64,000 nt of DNA from Rhodothermales bacterium (GTDB taxonomy: Bacteria > Bacteroidota > Rhodothermia > Rhodothermales > DASSAV01), in the NCBI GenBank assembly GCA_041690215.1, contig JAWLHQ010000008.1, positions 4,170 through 68,169 on the forward strand, written 5' to 3'. Shown piece by piece: positions 37,002-48,051 of this stretch (positions are counted from its first letter, which is position 1; each line of letters begins with the position of its first letter). A program made the translations under genes and the position numbers. Under the pieces are notes generated by a model that made no database searches, had not been told where the DNA came from, and saw nothing but the letters and a program-made list of their open reading frames with translations.

Positions 37002-38708
37002 TTACCGCGGCGACTGTGCAGGCCGAGGCCAGCGGATTTCGACACCCTGATTCTGAATGAAACGCTGAAAATCCGCTAGTTTCTCCGCCGTGTTCCGAAT
37101 ACCGCGGGGCGATTCCTTCGTCCGCAAAGCAAACACCGCCAGCAGACCTGCCGCTTCTCCGATATTCCACTCTACCGGATGTAGGCGATAGCACCCGTTC
37201 GTGATGTGCGTTACGCCGAGGTTCTTACAGGCTGGCAATAGGTTCTCCAGGCGTTCCGGAATGAGCGCACCCAGAGGAATCTCGAACGGAAGTGAGCTGA
37301 TATCGATGTAATTGTCGCCTCCCGTTGAGGGGTGAAGGTCGATTCGGTAACTGCCAATACCCACCGAATCGGGGAAAGATGCCGCTGTAACCTCCTCCCG
37401 GCTGAGACCAGTCTCTGCCATACGAGCTTCGAGCCCGACGTGCTGTTCCAGCACGGTAAACTCCGCCCGTATCCGCCGCGACTCGCGGATGTAGGGACGC
37501 TTGGCAAGGCCATGCTCCGTACCTACGAGATCACCGCGAAGACGGAGACCGGGCCAACCGGCCCCTCCATCCGGGCGAGGTGCCTCTGTCTGCATCCAGT
37601 ACAGGAGCGAGTAGCTCAACTGCATTGCCCGATTCAGGTGATACTGCTTTTCCTCCTCACTCACGCCGATCAGAGGCCCTAGCAGGTAATCGTTTTGTGG
37701 CCAGTTGACGAGCGAGATACCGCCGGGAAACGCGCCGGTCTCGAAGTTTGCCGGATCAATGAGACGACGGTACTGCCACCATCCTCCATCCGATGCCCCA
37801 TTGCGCGGGTCCAGCGGTAGTGTACGCGGCTCCAGCGTTATCGGATTGGAGTATGTCAGGCTGAGCAGCGGTCCCGGCCATGCCGGCTGCATCTCCGGGA
37901 CGTAGCTACGCCAGAACTCGTACTCCGCAGGCTTTTCTATCGTGTGGTCCTCCCCGTCCCGGTAATCCATCGCAAAGCACCACGTAATCGCCTGCATGTT
38001 CAGGGGCTGCGCCTCAGGTGCGGCATGTGGCTCACCCGTTTCGGCTTGCGATTCGGCACCGGTAATGAACTCCGCACCCGCAAGCGGAAGGAGGTCCCCC
38101 AGCTCTGTCGCATCGAGAACGTATGGGGCCGTGAGATCGACTTCGTCGCCCGTCCGCACATCACGCACGCGGACACCCTCCACACGGTCGTTCGATGTGG
38201 ACACCGCAACCGGAATGTACTCGTGTAATATGGTGAGGCGTCCATTTCCGATAAACGGCGCCAGCATCCCATGCAGCACGGCAAGAGCCGCACGTGGCTC
38301 ATGGCAGATACGAGAAACGCCGCAATTGCCCGGATTCAAGTTCGCCTGGCTGTACATGCTCGCGGCGAGCGGATAGAAGCGACGGTAATAGTCGCGCACA
38401 CCGCGACGAAAAGCCATGTATGATTGCGGTGCGCCGAACTGCTCGATCCATGGATGCTCGTCGGGAGGTACGGCCTGTTGAGTGAGTTGTCCGCCAATCC
38501 AGTCGGTTTCCTCTACCAGCACCACCCGCATTCCATTGCGTACCGCTGCCAGCGCCGCAGCCGTCCCCCCTACTCCGCCACCTATGATCGCAATATCGAA
38601 ATGAGCGGGTCCCCGCAGCGGCATACCGAACGCACTGCCAAAAAAGCATAATCCGGCAGTTGCGGCCCCGCCACCGAGATAGTGTAGAAAGCGCCTTCGA
38701 GTGATCAT
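37002..38708 (-). CDS. Tat-exported FAD-dependent oxidoreductase
   Basis: TRRRFL Tat motif; DIAIIGGGVGGTAAALAA Rossmann motif; VEETDWIGGQLT; C-terminal LPACKNLGVTHITNGCYRLHP. Confidence 0.9.
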   Translation of the reverse strand: MITRRRFLHYLGGGAATAGLCFFGSAFGMPLRGPAHFDIAIIGGGVGGTAAALAAVRNGMRVVLVEETDWIGGQLTQQAVPPDEHPWIEQFGAPQSYMAFRRGVRDYYRRFYPLAASMYSQANLNPGNCGVSRICHEPRAALAVLHGMLAPFIGNGRLTILHEYIPVAVSTSNDRVEGVRVRDVRTGDEVDLTAPYVLDATELGDLLPLAGAEFITGAESQAETGEPHAAPEAQPLNMQAITWCFAMDYRDGEDHTIEKPAEYEFWRSYVPEMQPAWPGPLLSLTYSNPITLEPRTLPLDPRNGASDGGWWQYRRLIDPANFETGAFPGGISLVNWPQNDYLLGPLIGVSEEEKQYHLNRAMQLSYSLLYWMQTEAPRPDGGAGWPGLRLRGDLVGTEHGLAKRPYIRESRRIRAEFTVLEQHVGLEARMAETGLSREEVTAASFPDSVGIGSYRIDLHPSTGGDNYIDISSLPFEIPLGALIPERLENLLPACKNLGVTHITNGCYRLHPVEWNIGEAAGLLAVFALRTKESPRGIRNTAEKLADFQRFIQNQGVEIRWPRPAQSPR

Positions 38709-39273
38709 GAATACTGACCAGGGTAGCTGCGTACGAGCCACTTCCGTTTAACATGAGCTTGAACGGCAAGACCTCACCCGCACCAAAGCTATCCACCCCT
38801 GCGTGGTCCGCTTCAAGATACGATGAAGGAACCGTTTGCAAGCACATCGACCCGGTAAGAAGCGAAAAACCCTAAGACTTGAGAAGCAATATACTAGATA
38901 TGTATTTGCAATAACGGAAATATCGTTGCCTGACAAATCGGAGAGACCGTTCACGACATGAGCGGTCGTAGACCATGCACGTAGCTCTCTGTGAGCCCGG
39001 TTGAGGTCCTCCCGAATTGCTCAGTGGCCACAGGTGAGTCCAGGTTCGGAGGCCTCGTATGGGGCATGGATACACATAAGAACCACTAGCTCAAGAGGTG
39101 TATGACTGCTACCCGGCCTTGAGGGAGTTATCCGACTGTTGGCTCCGCGCCTCTTCCTTTCCGAGCACATGAGCCAAAACTGTGTGAGATGAATAACTGA
39201 GACGCGTATATCTCGTCGATGCACCGACCGTATCGTAAGCAGACCCATCGCGTTGACGCTACCCCTCTCACCC

Positions 39274-39507
39274 ATGAATATTCGCACCTTTTCCCTCCCG
39301 GAACTTATTCGCCTCACTCATCAATGGGGGATCATTTCCGATTACCTCATGACGCCAAAGAAGATTACGCTCTACCGAAGCGGCGATGATGTGCTGTTCG
39401 AGGGAGATCCCGTCGAGGCGCGATTTTTCCTTATGGGTATCGTAGCGGAACATACCCGAGCGGCCGACCACAACGCTCTACCGGACTTTCATCGAACCAG
39501 GTCTTGA
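39274..39507 (+). CDS. Small hypothetical protein
   Basis: 77 aa from ATG 39274 with plausible globular composition; no motif. Confidence 0.4.
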   Translation: MNIRTFSLPELIRLTHQWGIISDYLMTPKKITLYRSGDDVLFEGDPVEARFFLMGIVAEHTRAADHNALPDFHRTRS

Positions 39508-39544
39508 ATCTGCGGCCACTCCGATGGGCCAACGCCATCTCAAA

Positions 39545-39754
39545 TCAACCGCAGTCACGCTCGAATCGAGCGGTGCTAAGAGGAGAAACGGCGTGACCGC
39601 GTCGTAACAACTCCTCCCGGATCTCGCGTACAGCATCCGCAACCTGAAGCCGCATGTACTCGGAAGCAGGAGCGGATCGTGTGCTGAGTTGCGCGTAAAT
39701 ACGCTCGTACTCGCGGAGAGTCTTAAGTAGTGAGACGTCGGAGCGTTTGGTCAT
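39545..39754 (-). CDS. Small helical protein, paralogue of 51554..51769
   Basis: 69 aa; aligns without gaps to the 51554..51769 product. Confidence 0.55.
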   Translation of the reverse strand: MTKRSDVSLLKTLREYERIYAQLSTRSAPASEYMRLQVADAVREIREELLRRGHAVSPLSTARFERDCG

Positions 39755-40086
39755 GCCTACTGAGAGCCAGATGCACAGATGGCGGACCAGTTTGGGCGAT
39801 ATGCTGAGGATAACGTGTGATTGTAGCGGTAACTACTACTGGCGGATATAGGTATGTGGTAAAATTGCCTTGGCTCGGATGCGCCACCGGAGCATGTGAA
39901 AGCGCGCCACGTGCACTCTGCGATTACATTTTATGATGCCTTTTGCTAACTCCGATTTCTCATTATATTCAAGGCACCGGTACTCTAACGCCCCTCTGCT
40001 GCCGGGCCAGTCGTCCCTCTTATCATTGTGCCGGATGTATAGCGTGCTGGAGGATAGACTTTCCCACGCATTACTGTATCACGTTC

Positions 40087-40308
40087 ATGAGGACCAAGGA
40101 CGTAGAGGTTCAACTTGTCAACCACCTATGTGCATATGAAATCGCCTCGCGTGTACTGGGCAACCCGACGGCAAGTCGTCAGCAGAAGGACCGGGCCAGT
40201 GCAATCTTGCAGCGGGCGGAAGCAGGCGTAGTGCGGATTAGCCAGGAAGTAATCTCTGAATCGGCTGGTAGATCCGGCAATGGTCTAAACGATACAGCGG
40301 CAAGATGA
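40087..40308 (+). CDS. Possible small helical protein
   Basis: 73 aa from ATG 40087 (MRTKDVEVQLVNHL...); amphipathic helices only. Confidence 0.3.
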   Translation: MRTKDVEVQLVNHLCAYEIASRVLGNPTASRQQKDRASAILQRAEAGVVRISQEVISESAGRSGNGLNDTAAR

Positions 40309-40721
40309 ATGCCTGGGGTATTGATACGCACGTCATCTCGGTTGAAGGCAGAAATGGGTAATGCATTTAACACGTGTGAAATCACGCGCCGCTTTTTCGA
40401 TTACTGCCCCAACCCATGTGCTGTGCTGAACCAATCGCAGAATCATCACGCGACCACCACATTCCTGGCAGGTAAAGTCGGCCTGTGTGCACTAAAGCAC
40501 CGGGAAACAAGACCGATACTGGAGGAGAATAGATAGTTCACCTTACATTACCTCCGCATCGAGCATGGTCCCTTTCGCTATCCTCTGCGTCGTATGCATT
40601 TCGGCTGCCGTCTATCGCATCCGCAAACGCTCATATCCAGTCATATGTGACGAATCAGCCCGGGAACTAACGGGCCCCCCGCGTGCCTGATCGGATCTCC
40701 AATTGCCGGCTTCGACAGTAA

Positions 40722-41684
40722 TTACCAACCGATGCGCTTCTTCCTCGGACTGGGATTGAGTTCTGCTTGCAGGGTCAGATGTTGACCGGGGTCGATATGG
40801 ACGTGAGATGTCCACCGCTCATACCCATCTTGCTCTACGGTAACCGTGTAGGTACCGGATGCAAGGTCCCGCAGATCTACAGGAGTCTTCCCCACTGTTC
40901 GCCCGGAGAGTCGCACCTGAGCACCTGCCGGCGTTGACCCTACAATGATCCGGCCAGTAAGGGTTACTGGCTCCTCGACTTGGGTGCTCCGGCTATTTTC
41001 CTCACGCTCCTGTACCGGTTGTTGCACTGGCACTGGTACAAAAGCCTCTATTTCCACGTCCGGTTTGCGTGGTTGATGCTGGGCTCTCTGGCTCCTACCG
41101 ACCGGAGAAAGAACAAACGAGATGGTTTGCGGCCCGTCATCAGCGAGCAGCACGATTACTTGCTCCTTTGAAGCAGCCTTCGTAGCCACCCGCACGATAT
41201 AAGCTCCCGGATCCAGGTAATGAGAAAGAAGGGGCGTTGTACCGACCGGCATTCCGTCAATATCCACGGCAGCGCCCTCCGGAGAACTCAGCACGGTGAG
41301 CGGTATCTTGGCGCCTATTACTGATGCCTTATTAAGGCCGCTCTCCTTTTTAAAATTCACCTCGCTGCTTTCCACAGATGGTGTGCGGGCCGCAAGGAGC
41401 ATTACTTCGCTTTGCAGTCGCTCAACTTCAGCCTGAAGGATCGCCTGCTGCTTACTCAGATGTGTCCAGATCAACCCGACACCGGTTGCAACGACAAGGA
41501 CGAGCAATCCCGCCCCAATTCCAATCCGACTTGTGCCGACACGCGATCCTCCAGCGTGTAAAGATGGGTAGAATGGACTGATCAGGGGTAATCCAGGTGG
41601 TTCGCGTGAACTTGCCACGACCGCATCCGACCGGGAGCCCTCCGTCTCATGCCTTTCGAGAGCACGCTGAGGCACCTGCGACAT
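40722..41684 (-). CDS. PEGA domain-containing membrane-anchored protein
   Basis: TM helix plus two PEGA domains (SSPEGAAVDIDG.PVGTTP; STPAGAQVRLSG..VGKTPV...ASGTYTVTVEQDGY). Confidence 0.85.
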   Translation of the reverse strand: MSQVPQRALERHETEGSRSDAVVASSREPPGLPLISPFYPSLHAGGSRVGTSRIGIGAGLLVLVVATGVGLIWTHLSKQQAILQAEVERLQSEVMLLAARTPSVESSEVNFKKESGLNKASVIGAKIPLTVLSSPEGAAVDIDGMPVGTTPLLSHYLDPGAYIVRVATKAASKEQVIVLLADDGPQTISFVLSPVGRSQRAQHQPRKPDVEIEAFVPVPVQQPVQEREENSRSTQVEEPVTLTGRIIVGSTPAGAQVRLSGRTVGKTPVDLRDLASGTYTVTVEQDGYERWTSHVHIDPGQHLTLQAELNPSPRKKRIGW

Positions 41685-42340
41685 GTCCGTCTCCTTACCG
41701 CTGTGAAACTGTCATCCTCTGAGCTAATCCTGTAGCACTATTGTCCTTTAGCCATATGGTGCAGCAGCTAAGAGGCAAGCGCTCCGTAGTGCTATGAGAC
41801 CGATGTATACCAGATCATAACGTATGCAAAGTTGCCCGAGCTTGCATTCCTCCCAGAGGATGATTGCGCGATCGTAACGATGTAGCCTACACCAGCACAT
41901 ACGAACACGATTCTTTCGGTAGCCACTTCTCTGCACGGCCATGAAGAAAGATGGTAGAGACCAGCTCATCCAAAAGCATAGATGTCATGTCCCCAAACTA
42001 TAGGGCCGGGGCGGCAGTTACCCCCTAACTTAGCCAGACCGCTTTTGAATGTGTTGTGGTGTACGTAATGGGGCGGATTCCCCTTTTATAGAACATGCGG
42101 ACAGGAATTGCTGAAAATTCGAACCTACTGTGTATTCAGCGGGCACATGTTGCATGTGAGACCTGCTACAACTGCGATTAGCTTAGAATTTGTTACATTG
42201 ATTAACCTATTTCCGTTACAGGACTGTGTTAATATTCGCAGTTGTATCCCAAAGCCTGATCCGGCGAACGGGCACCATGAAACATTCCGCGCCCCCTCCC
42301 ACCTTGGCATCAGGAATAAACATCCTGCAGTGATCTCCTG

Positions 42341-44113
42341 ATGGAATTTGACTGGCAAGCCTGGTTTACCGCCGGTGTAGCGATTATTGTTGTCATTGCC
42401 CTGATCAGGGAGGTTGCCCGTCCGGACCTGATCCTGCTGGGTGGTCTTGCTCTGCTACTTCTGACTGGCATATTGACACCCGAACAAGCATTCGCCGGAT
42501 TTGCCAATCCAGCCATGCTCACCGTGGCTGCACTCTTCGTTGTTGCGAATGGCGTAGAGCGGACGGGCGCACTACGATTTCTAGATTACGCCCTGACTTC
42601 CGGCTCAGCAGGAGTGCCCCGGATCATCACGAGAATGATGTCATCCACGGCGCTTTTATCGGCATTCCTGAACAACACAGCTGTGGTTGCGATGTTGACG
42701 CCTCGCATCCAGAGTTGGGGTAAAAAGAATGGCGTCCCCCCCTCAAAACTCCTCATCCCACTCTCTTATGCAGCCATCCTCGGTGGGATGACGACCCTTA
42801 TCGGAACCTCGACGAATATCATCGTTTCCGGCCTATTGGAGGCGGGAGGCCATCACGGCCTGGGCATGTTCGACCTGACATGGATAGGCATCCCCGCCGT
42901 GATACTCGTCATGATCTACTTTATCATTCTCGGACACCGCCTTCTTCCTGACCATAGTCATGAGGAACAGCAGTTCAAAGATGGGCTAGAAAACTGCCTC
43001 TTCGAAGTGCGTGTCGCCTCTGGCTCTCCTTTCATCGGCCGCTCTATCGCCGACTCTGGATTACGTGCACTTGGTGATGCCTACCTGGCTCACATCCGGC
43101 GGCACGGTGAACTCATTCCGGTTACACCCCGAGAAATATTGCGACGGGGTGACGTGCTCGTCTTTGTCGGAAGTGCAGCATCCCTGGATCGCCTGCTTCA
43201 GATGCCGGGCCTGGAACGCACCATCGCTGCCGTGGCCGACAATGATCGTATGACGCTGCCGCTCTACGAGGCCGTCGTTGCACCGACATCGAAGCTAGTG
43301 GGCCGGACCCTTCGGGAAGCATCCTTTCGCGAGAACTATCAGGGAGTGGTGCTCGGCATTCAGCGAAAAGATGAACAAATTACGGAATCGCTCGGGCGCA
43401 TCCCGATCAAAGCCGGTGACCTCTTGCTGGTAGAAGCCTGGAACGGGTTCGATAAACGTTGGAATGAAAACCGGGAAGAGTTTTACCTGGTGGCCCCCCG
43501 TAGGCCACAACAAGAAAAGGTGCTTACCGCAAAGGCACCTGTGGCCCTGGCCATACTCTTGGCTATGATCGTGGCATTTTCTACAGGTATCGTACCTCTC
43601 GTAACCAGCGCTCTGGCTGCTGCGCTGGCCATGATCGTGACACGATGCCTCCGGGGACGAGAGGCGCGAGAGGCAATCGACGTGCCACTACTCGTAGTTA
43701 TCGCATCGGCATTTGGCGTGGCTGCTGCACTCGAAAAAACGGGCGTTGCGGCCGCAATTGCTTATTCGATATCCAGCCACGCTGATGCTTTCGGACCACT
43801 CGGCGTACTGGCAGCCATCTATATCACGACGAATCTCTTAACAGAGTTCTTGACCAATAATGCGGCCGCCATCCTCATGGTACCAATCGCCCTGGCTGCC
43901 GCAGCGGATATCGGGGTGGATGCAACGCCTTTTGCCGTTGCTGTAGCCGTAGCCGCGTCTTCCTGTTTCATGATACCTATCGGGTATCAGACCAACCTCA
44001 TGGTTATGGCTGCTGGCGGCTACCGCTTCTCGGACTATATTCGAGTAGGCTTTCCGGTTAGCCTGCTGGTTTTCATTACGGCCATGACAATGATCTATCT
44101 TGTATGGTTCTGA
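42341..44113 (+). CDS. SLC13/DASS family permease with TrkA-C domains (putative sulfate transporter)
   Basis: SAFLNNTAVV, GGMTTLIGTSTN, two RCK_C domains, TNNAAA, PIGYQTN motifs; adjacent to cysD/cysN. Confidence 0.92.
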   Translation: MEFDWQAWFTAGVAIIVVIALIREVARPDLILLGGLALLLLTGILTPEQAFAGFANPAMLTVAALFVVANGVERTGALRFLDYALTSGSAGVPRIITRMMSSTALLSAFLNNTAVVAMLTPRIQSWGKKNGVPPSKLLIPLSYAAILGGMTTLIGTSTNIIVSGLLEAGGHHGLGMFDLTWIGIPAVILVMIYFIILGHRLLPDHSHEEQQFKDGLENCLFEVRVASGSPFIGRSIADSGLRALGDAYLAHIRRHGELIPVTPREILRRGDVLVFVGSAASLDRLLQMPGLERTIAAVADNDRMTLPLYEAVVAPTSKLVGRTLREASFRENYQGVVLGIQRKDEQITESLGRIPIKAGDLLLVEAWNGFDKRWNENREEFYLVAPRRPQQEKVLTAKAPVALAILLAMIVAFSTGIVPLVTSALAAALAMIVTRCLRGREAREAIDVPLLVVIASAFGVAAALEKTGVAAAIAYSISSHADAFGPLGVLAAIYITTNLLTEFLTNNAAAILMVPIALAAAADIGVDATPFAVAVAVAASSCFMIPIGYQTNLMVMAAGGYRFSDYIRVGFPVSLLVFITAMTMIYLVWF

Positions 44114-44174
44114 GATCCTAAGATTTAACCTGCCCGAATACGCTAGCACAACGTCACCTGTACCGGTGTTGACC

Positions 44175-45107
44175 ATGACTACAATACTCCAAGAGAACCC
44201 TGTGAAGCCCGACCTGAGCGCCCACTTGAAGTGGCTGGAGAGGGAGGCGATCTACGTCATGCGCGAGGTTGCCGCCCAGTTCGAAAAACCCGTTTTGCTG
44301 TTTTCGGGTGGAAAAGACTCTATCTGCCTCGTGCGCCTCGCGCAGAAGGCCTTCTGGCCAGGCAAGATTCCGTTCCCGCTCCTGCATATCGATACCGGCC
44401 ACAACTTCCCGGAGACACTGGAATTCCGCGATCAACTGGTAGAACGGCTGGGCGCGAGGCTCATCGTTCGAACGGTGCAGGAATCCATTGATAAGGGTCG
44501 CGTAGTAGAGGAGACCGGGCCAGAGGCCAGCCGCAACGCACTCCAGATCGTCACGCTCCTCGACGCAATCAAGGAGCTTGGCTGCGATGCTGCCATCGGC
44601 GGAGCGAGGCGTGATGAGGAAAAGGCGCGGGCGAAGGAGCGCTTCTTCTCGCACCGGGACCGGTTCGGCCAGTGGGATCCTAAGAACCAGCGGCCTGAAC
44701 TTTGGAACCTCTACAACGGCCGAAAGAATGTCGGCGAGCACTTCCGCATCTTCCCTCTGAGCAACTGGACGGAAATGGACGTCTGGCAGTACATCCATCA
44801 GGAGCGTATTGATATTCCCAGCATCTATTTCTCGCACGAGCGTGAAGTGTTCAGACGCAACGGCGTCCTACTCGCCAAATCGGATTACGTAACGCTTCTT
44901 GATGGCGAATACTATGAAAAGCGTATCGTTCGCTTCCGTACTGTTGGTGATATGACGTGCACGGGCGCTGTGGAATCGACAGCCTCTACGCTTGAGGACA
45001 TCATTGCCGAAGTGGCGGCCGCGCGCGTGACAGAGCGAGGCGGCCGCGCGGACGACAAGCGCTCAGAAGCCGCCATGGAAGATCGCAAGCGACGTGGCTA
45101 TTTCTGA
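44175..45107 (+). CDS. cysD: Sulfate adenylyltransferase subunit 2
   Basis: LEREAIYVMREV, LLFSGGKDS, GGARRDEEKARAKER, VRFRTVGDMTCT; ATG 44175 preferred. Confidence 0.96.
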   Translation: MTTILQENPVKPDLSAHLKWLEREAIYVMREVAAQFEKPVLLFSGGKDSICLVRLAQKAFWPGKIPFPLLHIDTGHNFPETLEFRDQLVERLGARLIVRTVQESIDKGRVVEETGPEASRNALQIVTLLDAIKELGCDAAIGGARRDEEKARAKERFFSHRDRFGQWDPKNQRPELWNLYNGRKNVGEHFRIFPLSNWTEMDVWQYIHQERIDIPSIYFSHEREVFRRNGVLLAKSDYVTLLDGEYYEKRIVRFRTVGDMTCTGAVESTASTLEDIIAEVAAARVTERGGRADDKRSEAAMEDRKRRGYF

Positions 45108-45228
45108 TCGCCTCTCTGTCGATGATCACGCATTCCGTCATTCCGCCCCCAGATGACGGTTGCCCAGCACCAGAGGGGTACCTCTCTGGATGGTCCCTAT
45201 ACTGCCAAGTTTCCTCTTTACTTCCATT

Positions 45229-47127
45229 ATGGACTTACTTCGATTTTCAACAGCCGGAAGCGTGGATGATGGCAAGAGCACGCTAATCGGCCGGCTCCTC
45301 TACGACGCGAAGTCGATCTTTGAGGACCAGCTCGATGCCATTCAGCGCTCCAGCGAACTCCACGGCAACGGCCATATCAACCTTGCTCTCCTGACGGATG
45401 GTCTTCGAGCCGAACGGGAACAGGGGATCACGATCGATGTCGCCTACCGTTACTTCGCCACCCCAAAGCGTAAGTTCATCATCGCCGACACGCCCGGCCA
45501 CGAGCAATACACGCGAAACATGGTGACCGGCGCCTCTACGGCAGAGCTCGCCATCGTTCTCGTCGACGCGCGAAAAGGCGTACTGACACAGTCGCGACGG
45601 CACGGCTTCATCGCCTCCCTCCTACAGATTCCCCATATGGTCGTAGCCGTCAATAAGATGGACCTCGTCGACTACTCGGAGGAGGTGTACCAGGCAATCG
45701 TAGATGAATACGAGGCGTTCGCGCAAAAACTCGAGATCAAGAACATCACCTTCATACCGATTTCCGCCCTCGAAGGAGACAACGTCGTCGAGAAAAGCAC
45801 CAGAATGCCCTGGTATAACGGCCCGACACTTCTTCATTTCCTCGAGACCGTGAAGGTCGGCGCCGAGCGAAACGTGGTCGACTTCCGCTTCCCGGTGCAG
45901 TACGTCGTCCGGCCAAATCAGGACTTCCGTGGCTTTGCTGGGCAGGTTGCCTCCGGCAGCATCACGCCGGGTGAGGAGGTACTGGTGCTCCCATCCGGAA
46001 TGACGACGCGGGTTAAGTCCATCGTCACCTTCGAGAAGGAGGAACAGGAAGCTCAAACGGAGGAGAATGTCATCATCACGCTTGAAGATGAGATTGAACT
46101 GAGCCGGGGAGGAATGATCGTTCGAAGCCGAAACCGGCCCACGATAACGACGACTATCGATGTCGATCTGTGCTGGATGAGCGAAGAGCCTATGCATCCG
46201 GATAAGCTCTACGTACTCCAGCATACGACGCGGCAGGTTTCCGCGTATGTATCCAAGATCATTTACCGGCTCGACGTCAACACCCTCCACCGTGAACCAT
46301 CAGAACGGTTCGAACTCAACGACATCGGGCGTGTCGAAGTCAAAGCCACGCAACCCATCTTCGTCGACCCCTATAAGATCAACCGCCGCACGGGAGCCTT
46401 CATCCTCATCGACCCTGACACCAACACCACCGTTGCGGCCGGAATGATCCGCGGCGTAGCTCAGGACGTCGAACCGGTAGGCGGTACGCAGGTGGAGAGC
46501 CGTACGAAGTCTCCCGACGTCGTATGGGAAGGGTTCAACCTCGCTCGTGAGGAGCGTGAGCGTCGCAACGGACACAACGCCGCGATTCTGTGGTTCACTG
46601 GCCTTTCGGGCTCAGGCAAGACCACGATTGCTCGTGCCCTGGAAAAACGCCTGTTTGATCGGAACTGCCAGACCATGCTCCTGGATGGGGACCACCTCCG
46701 CCATGGGCTATGCAGTGACCTGGGCTTCTCGCCCTCCGACCGGGCAGAAAACATCCGGCGTGTCGGCGAGGTTTCCCGCCTTTTCTTTGAACACGGCAAC
46801 ATCACGCTCTGCACCTTTATCTCTCCCTACCGCAGCGACCGTGATTTCGTCCGTTCGCTCATGCCTGAAGGCAGGTTCTTCGAGATTTTCGTCGATTGCG
46901 ACCTCGAGGTTTGCAAGGAGCGCGATCCGAAAGGGCTCTACCAGAAGGTGAAGGCAGGGCAGATCGAGAACTTCACGGGTATCTCTGCCCCTTACGAACC
47001 TCCGACCAATCCTGACCTCATCTTGCCGTCTGACAAGCAAACAGTGGCCGAAAGCGTCGAGATGCTCATAAAGCTCCTTGAGGAACGCGGCATCTTGCCT
47101 GCTTCCGGTGCGGATGGAACTCGATAG
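45229..47127 (+). CDS. cysNC: Bifunctional sulfate adenylyltransferase subunit 1 / APS kinase (CysN/CysC)
   Basis: TAGSVDDGKSTLIGRLL, REQGITIDVAYRYF, DTPGHEQYTRNM; C-terminal WFTGLSGSGKTT and LDGDHLR APS kinase domain. Confidence 0.96.
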   Translation: MDLLRFSTAGSVDDGKSTLIGRLLYDAKSIFEDQLDAIQRSSELHGNGHINLALLTDGLRAEREQGITIDVAYRYFATPKRKFIIADTPGHEQYTRNMVTGASTAELAIVLVDARKGVLTQSRRHGFIASLLQIPHMVVAVNKMDLVDYSEEVYQAIVDEYEAFAQKLEIKNITFIPISALEGDNVVEKSTRMPWYNGPTLLHFLETVKVGAERNVVDFRFPVQYVVRPNQDFRGFAGQVASGSITPGEEVLVLPSGMTTRVKSIVTFEKEEQEAQTEENVIITLEDEIELSRGGMIVRSRNRPTITTTIDVDLCWMSEEPMHPDKLYVLQHTTRQVSAYVSKIIYRLDVNTLHREPSERFELNDIGRVEVKATQPIFVDPYKINRRTGAFILIDPDTNTTVAAGMIRGVAQDVEPVGGTQVESRTKSPDVVWEGFNLAREERERRNGHNAAILWFTGLSGSGKTTIARALEKRLFDRNCQTMLLDGDHLRHGLCSDLGFSPSDRAENIRRVGEVSRLFFEHGNITLCTFISPYRSDRDFVRSLMPEGRFFEIFVDCDLEVCKERDPKGLYQKVKAGQIENFTGISAPYEPPTNPDLILPSDKQTVAESVEMLIKLLEERGILPASGADGTR

Positions 47128-47307
47128 CCCGGCGGTATTCCGGCAATCGTAAACAGCATTCGGGTCGGTCTGATGAAGCGGAAAACTCCGTCTATCGGAC
47201 CGACCCGTTTACTTTATCCTGCCGCTCCCCCGCTTCGCGCTCTTCAATGATTAGAGGTCGCCTGTAAAGAGTGGGGCAATCCACGCAGACGTAGCCAGCG
47301 TAGCAAA

Positions 47308-48051
47308 TCAGGTAGCAACGGCAGACGTGTTTGCCGCCACCCAGCGAGCAGCAAACTGGAGCAAATCGTTTTTGCTGTGTAAGCTCAGTTTCTCCTTGAT
47401 ATGGCGCCGGTGCATATCTACAGTCTTGGTCTTTACGTGCAGACTCTCTGCAATCCGGCTGCTACTCCAACCCTGCCCCAGAAGAACAAATACCTCCTTT
47501 TCTCGAGGAGTGAGCAAATCAACAAAGAACCCCCCCTCCCCTTTCCCGCTGATGGCGAGTACCTGGGATGTAATGGCACGACTGAGAAAGACATTCCCTC
47601 GGAGCACGGCTCGAATGGCCTCGATGACCCGTTCGGCGGATTCCGATTTCATTACGTAAGCCGAGGCTCCCGCCCGCACGACACGTTCGGCATACACCAT
47701 CTCATCGTGCATGGAGTAGACCACCACACGGGGTGGTGATGCAAGCTTCTGCAGATCGCGAATAAGGTCAAGACCATACGTATCTCCGAGCGAGAGATCG
47801 ACAACGGCCACCTCGGGAGATACCTCGGTCGCAAGCCGGATCGCTTCGGCTGCAGAAGTGGCTTTGCCACACACCTGGAGATCAGGAGCATCACCTACGA
47901 GTTCTGCAAGTGCATCGAGAATAACAGGGTGGTCGTCCACCAGGAGCACCCTTGCGTTGAAGGTGAAGGCGCCTGGATCGGAGAACCTCCGAACATCCGA
48001 GATGCTGGGTCGGTGCGCCTCACGGCGCGGCAAGACACTCGACATTACCAT
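47308..48051 (-). CDS. NarL/LuxR family response regulator
   Basis: VLLVDDH, VAVVDLSL receiver; LTPREKEVFVLLGQG...IAESL...TVDMHRRHIKEKL HTH. Confidence 0.93.
   Translation of the reverse strand: MVMSSVLPRREAHRPSISDVRRFSDPGAFTFNARVLLVDDHPVILDALAELVGDAPDLQVCGKATSAAEAIRLATEVSPEVAVVDLSLGDTYGLDLIRDLQKLASPPRVVVYSMHDEMVYAERVVRAGASAYVMKSESAERVIEAIRAVLRGNVFLSRAITSQVLAISGKGEGGFFVDLLTPREKEVFVLLGQGWSSSRIAESLHVKTKTVDMHRRHIKEKLSLHSKNDLLQFAARWVAANTSAVAT

Noticed and set aside
42000-42340. Possible SAM or other riboswitch upstream of the sulfate operon
   Set aside because: No recognisable riboswitch consensus found by eye.
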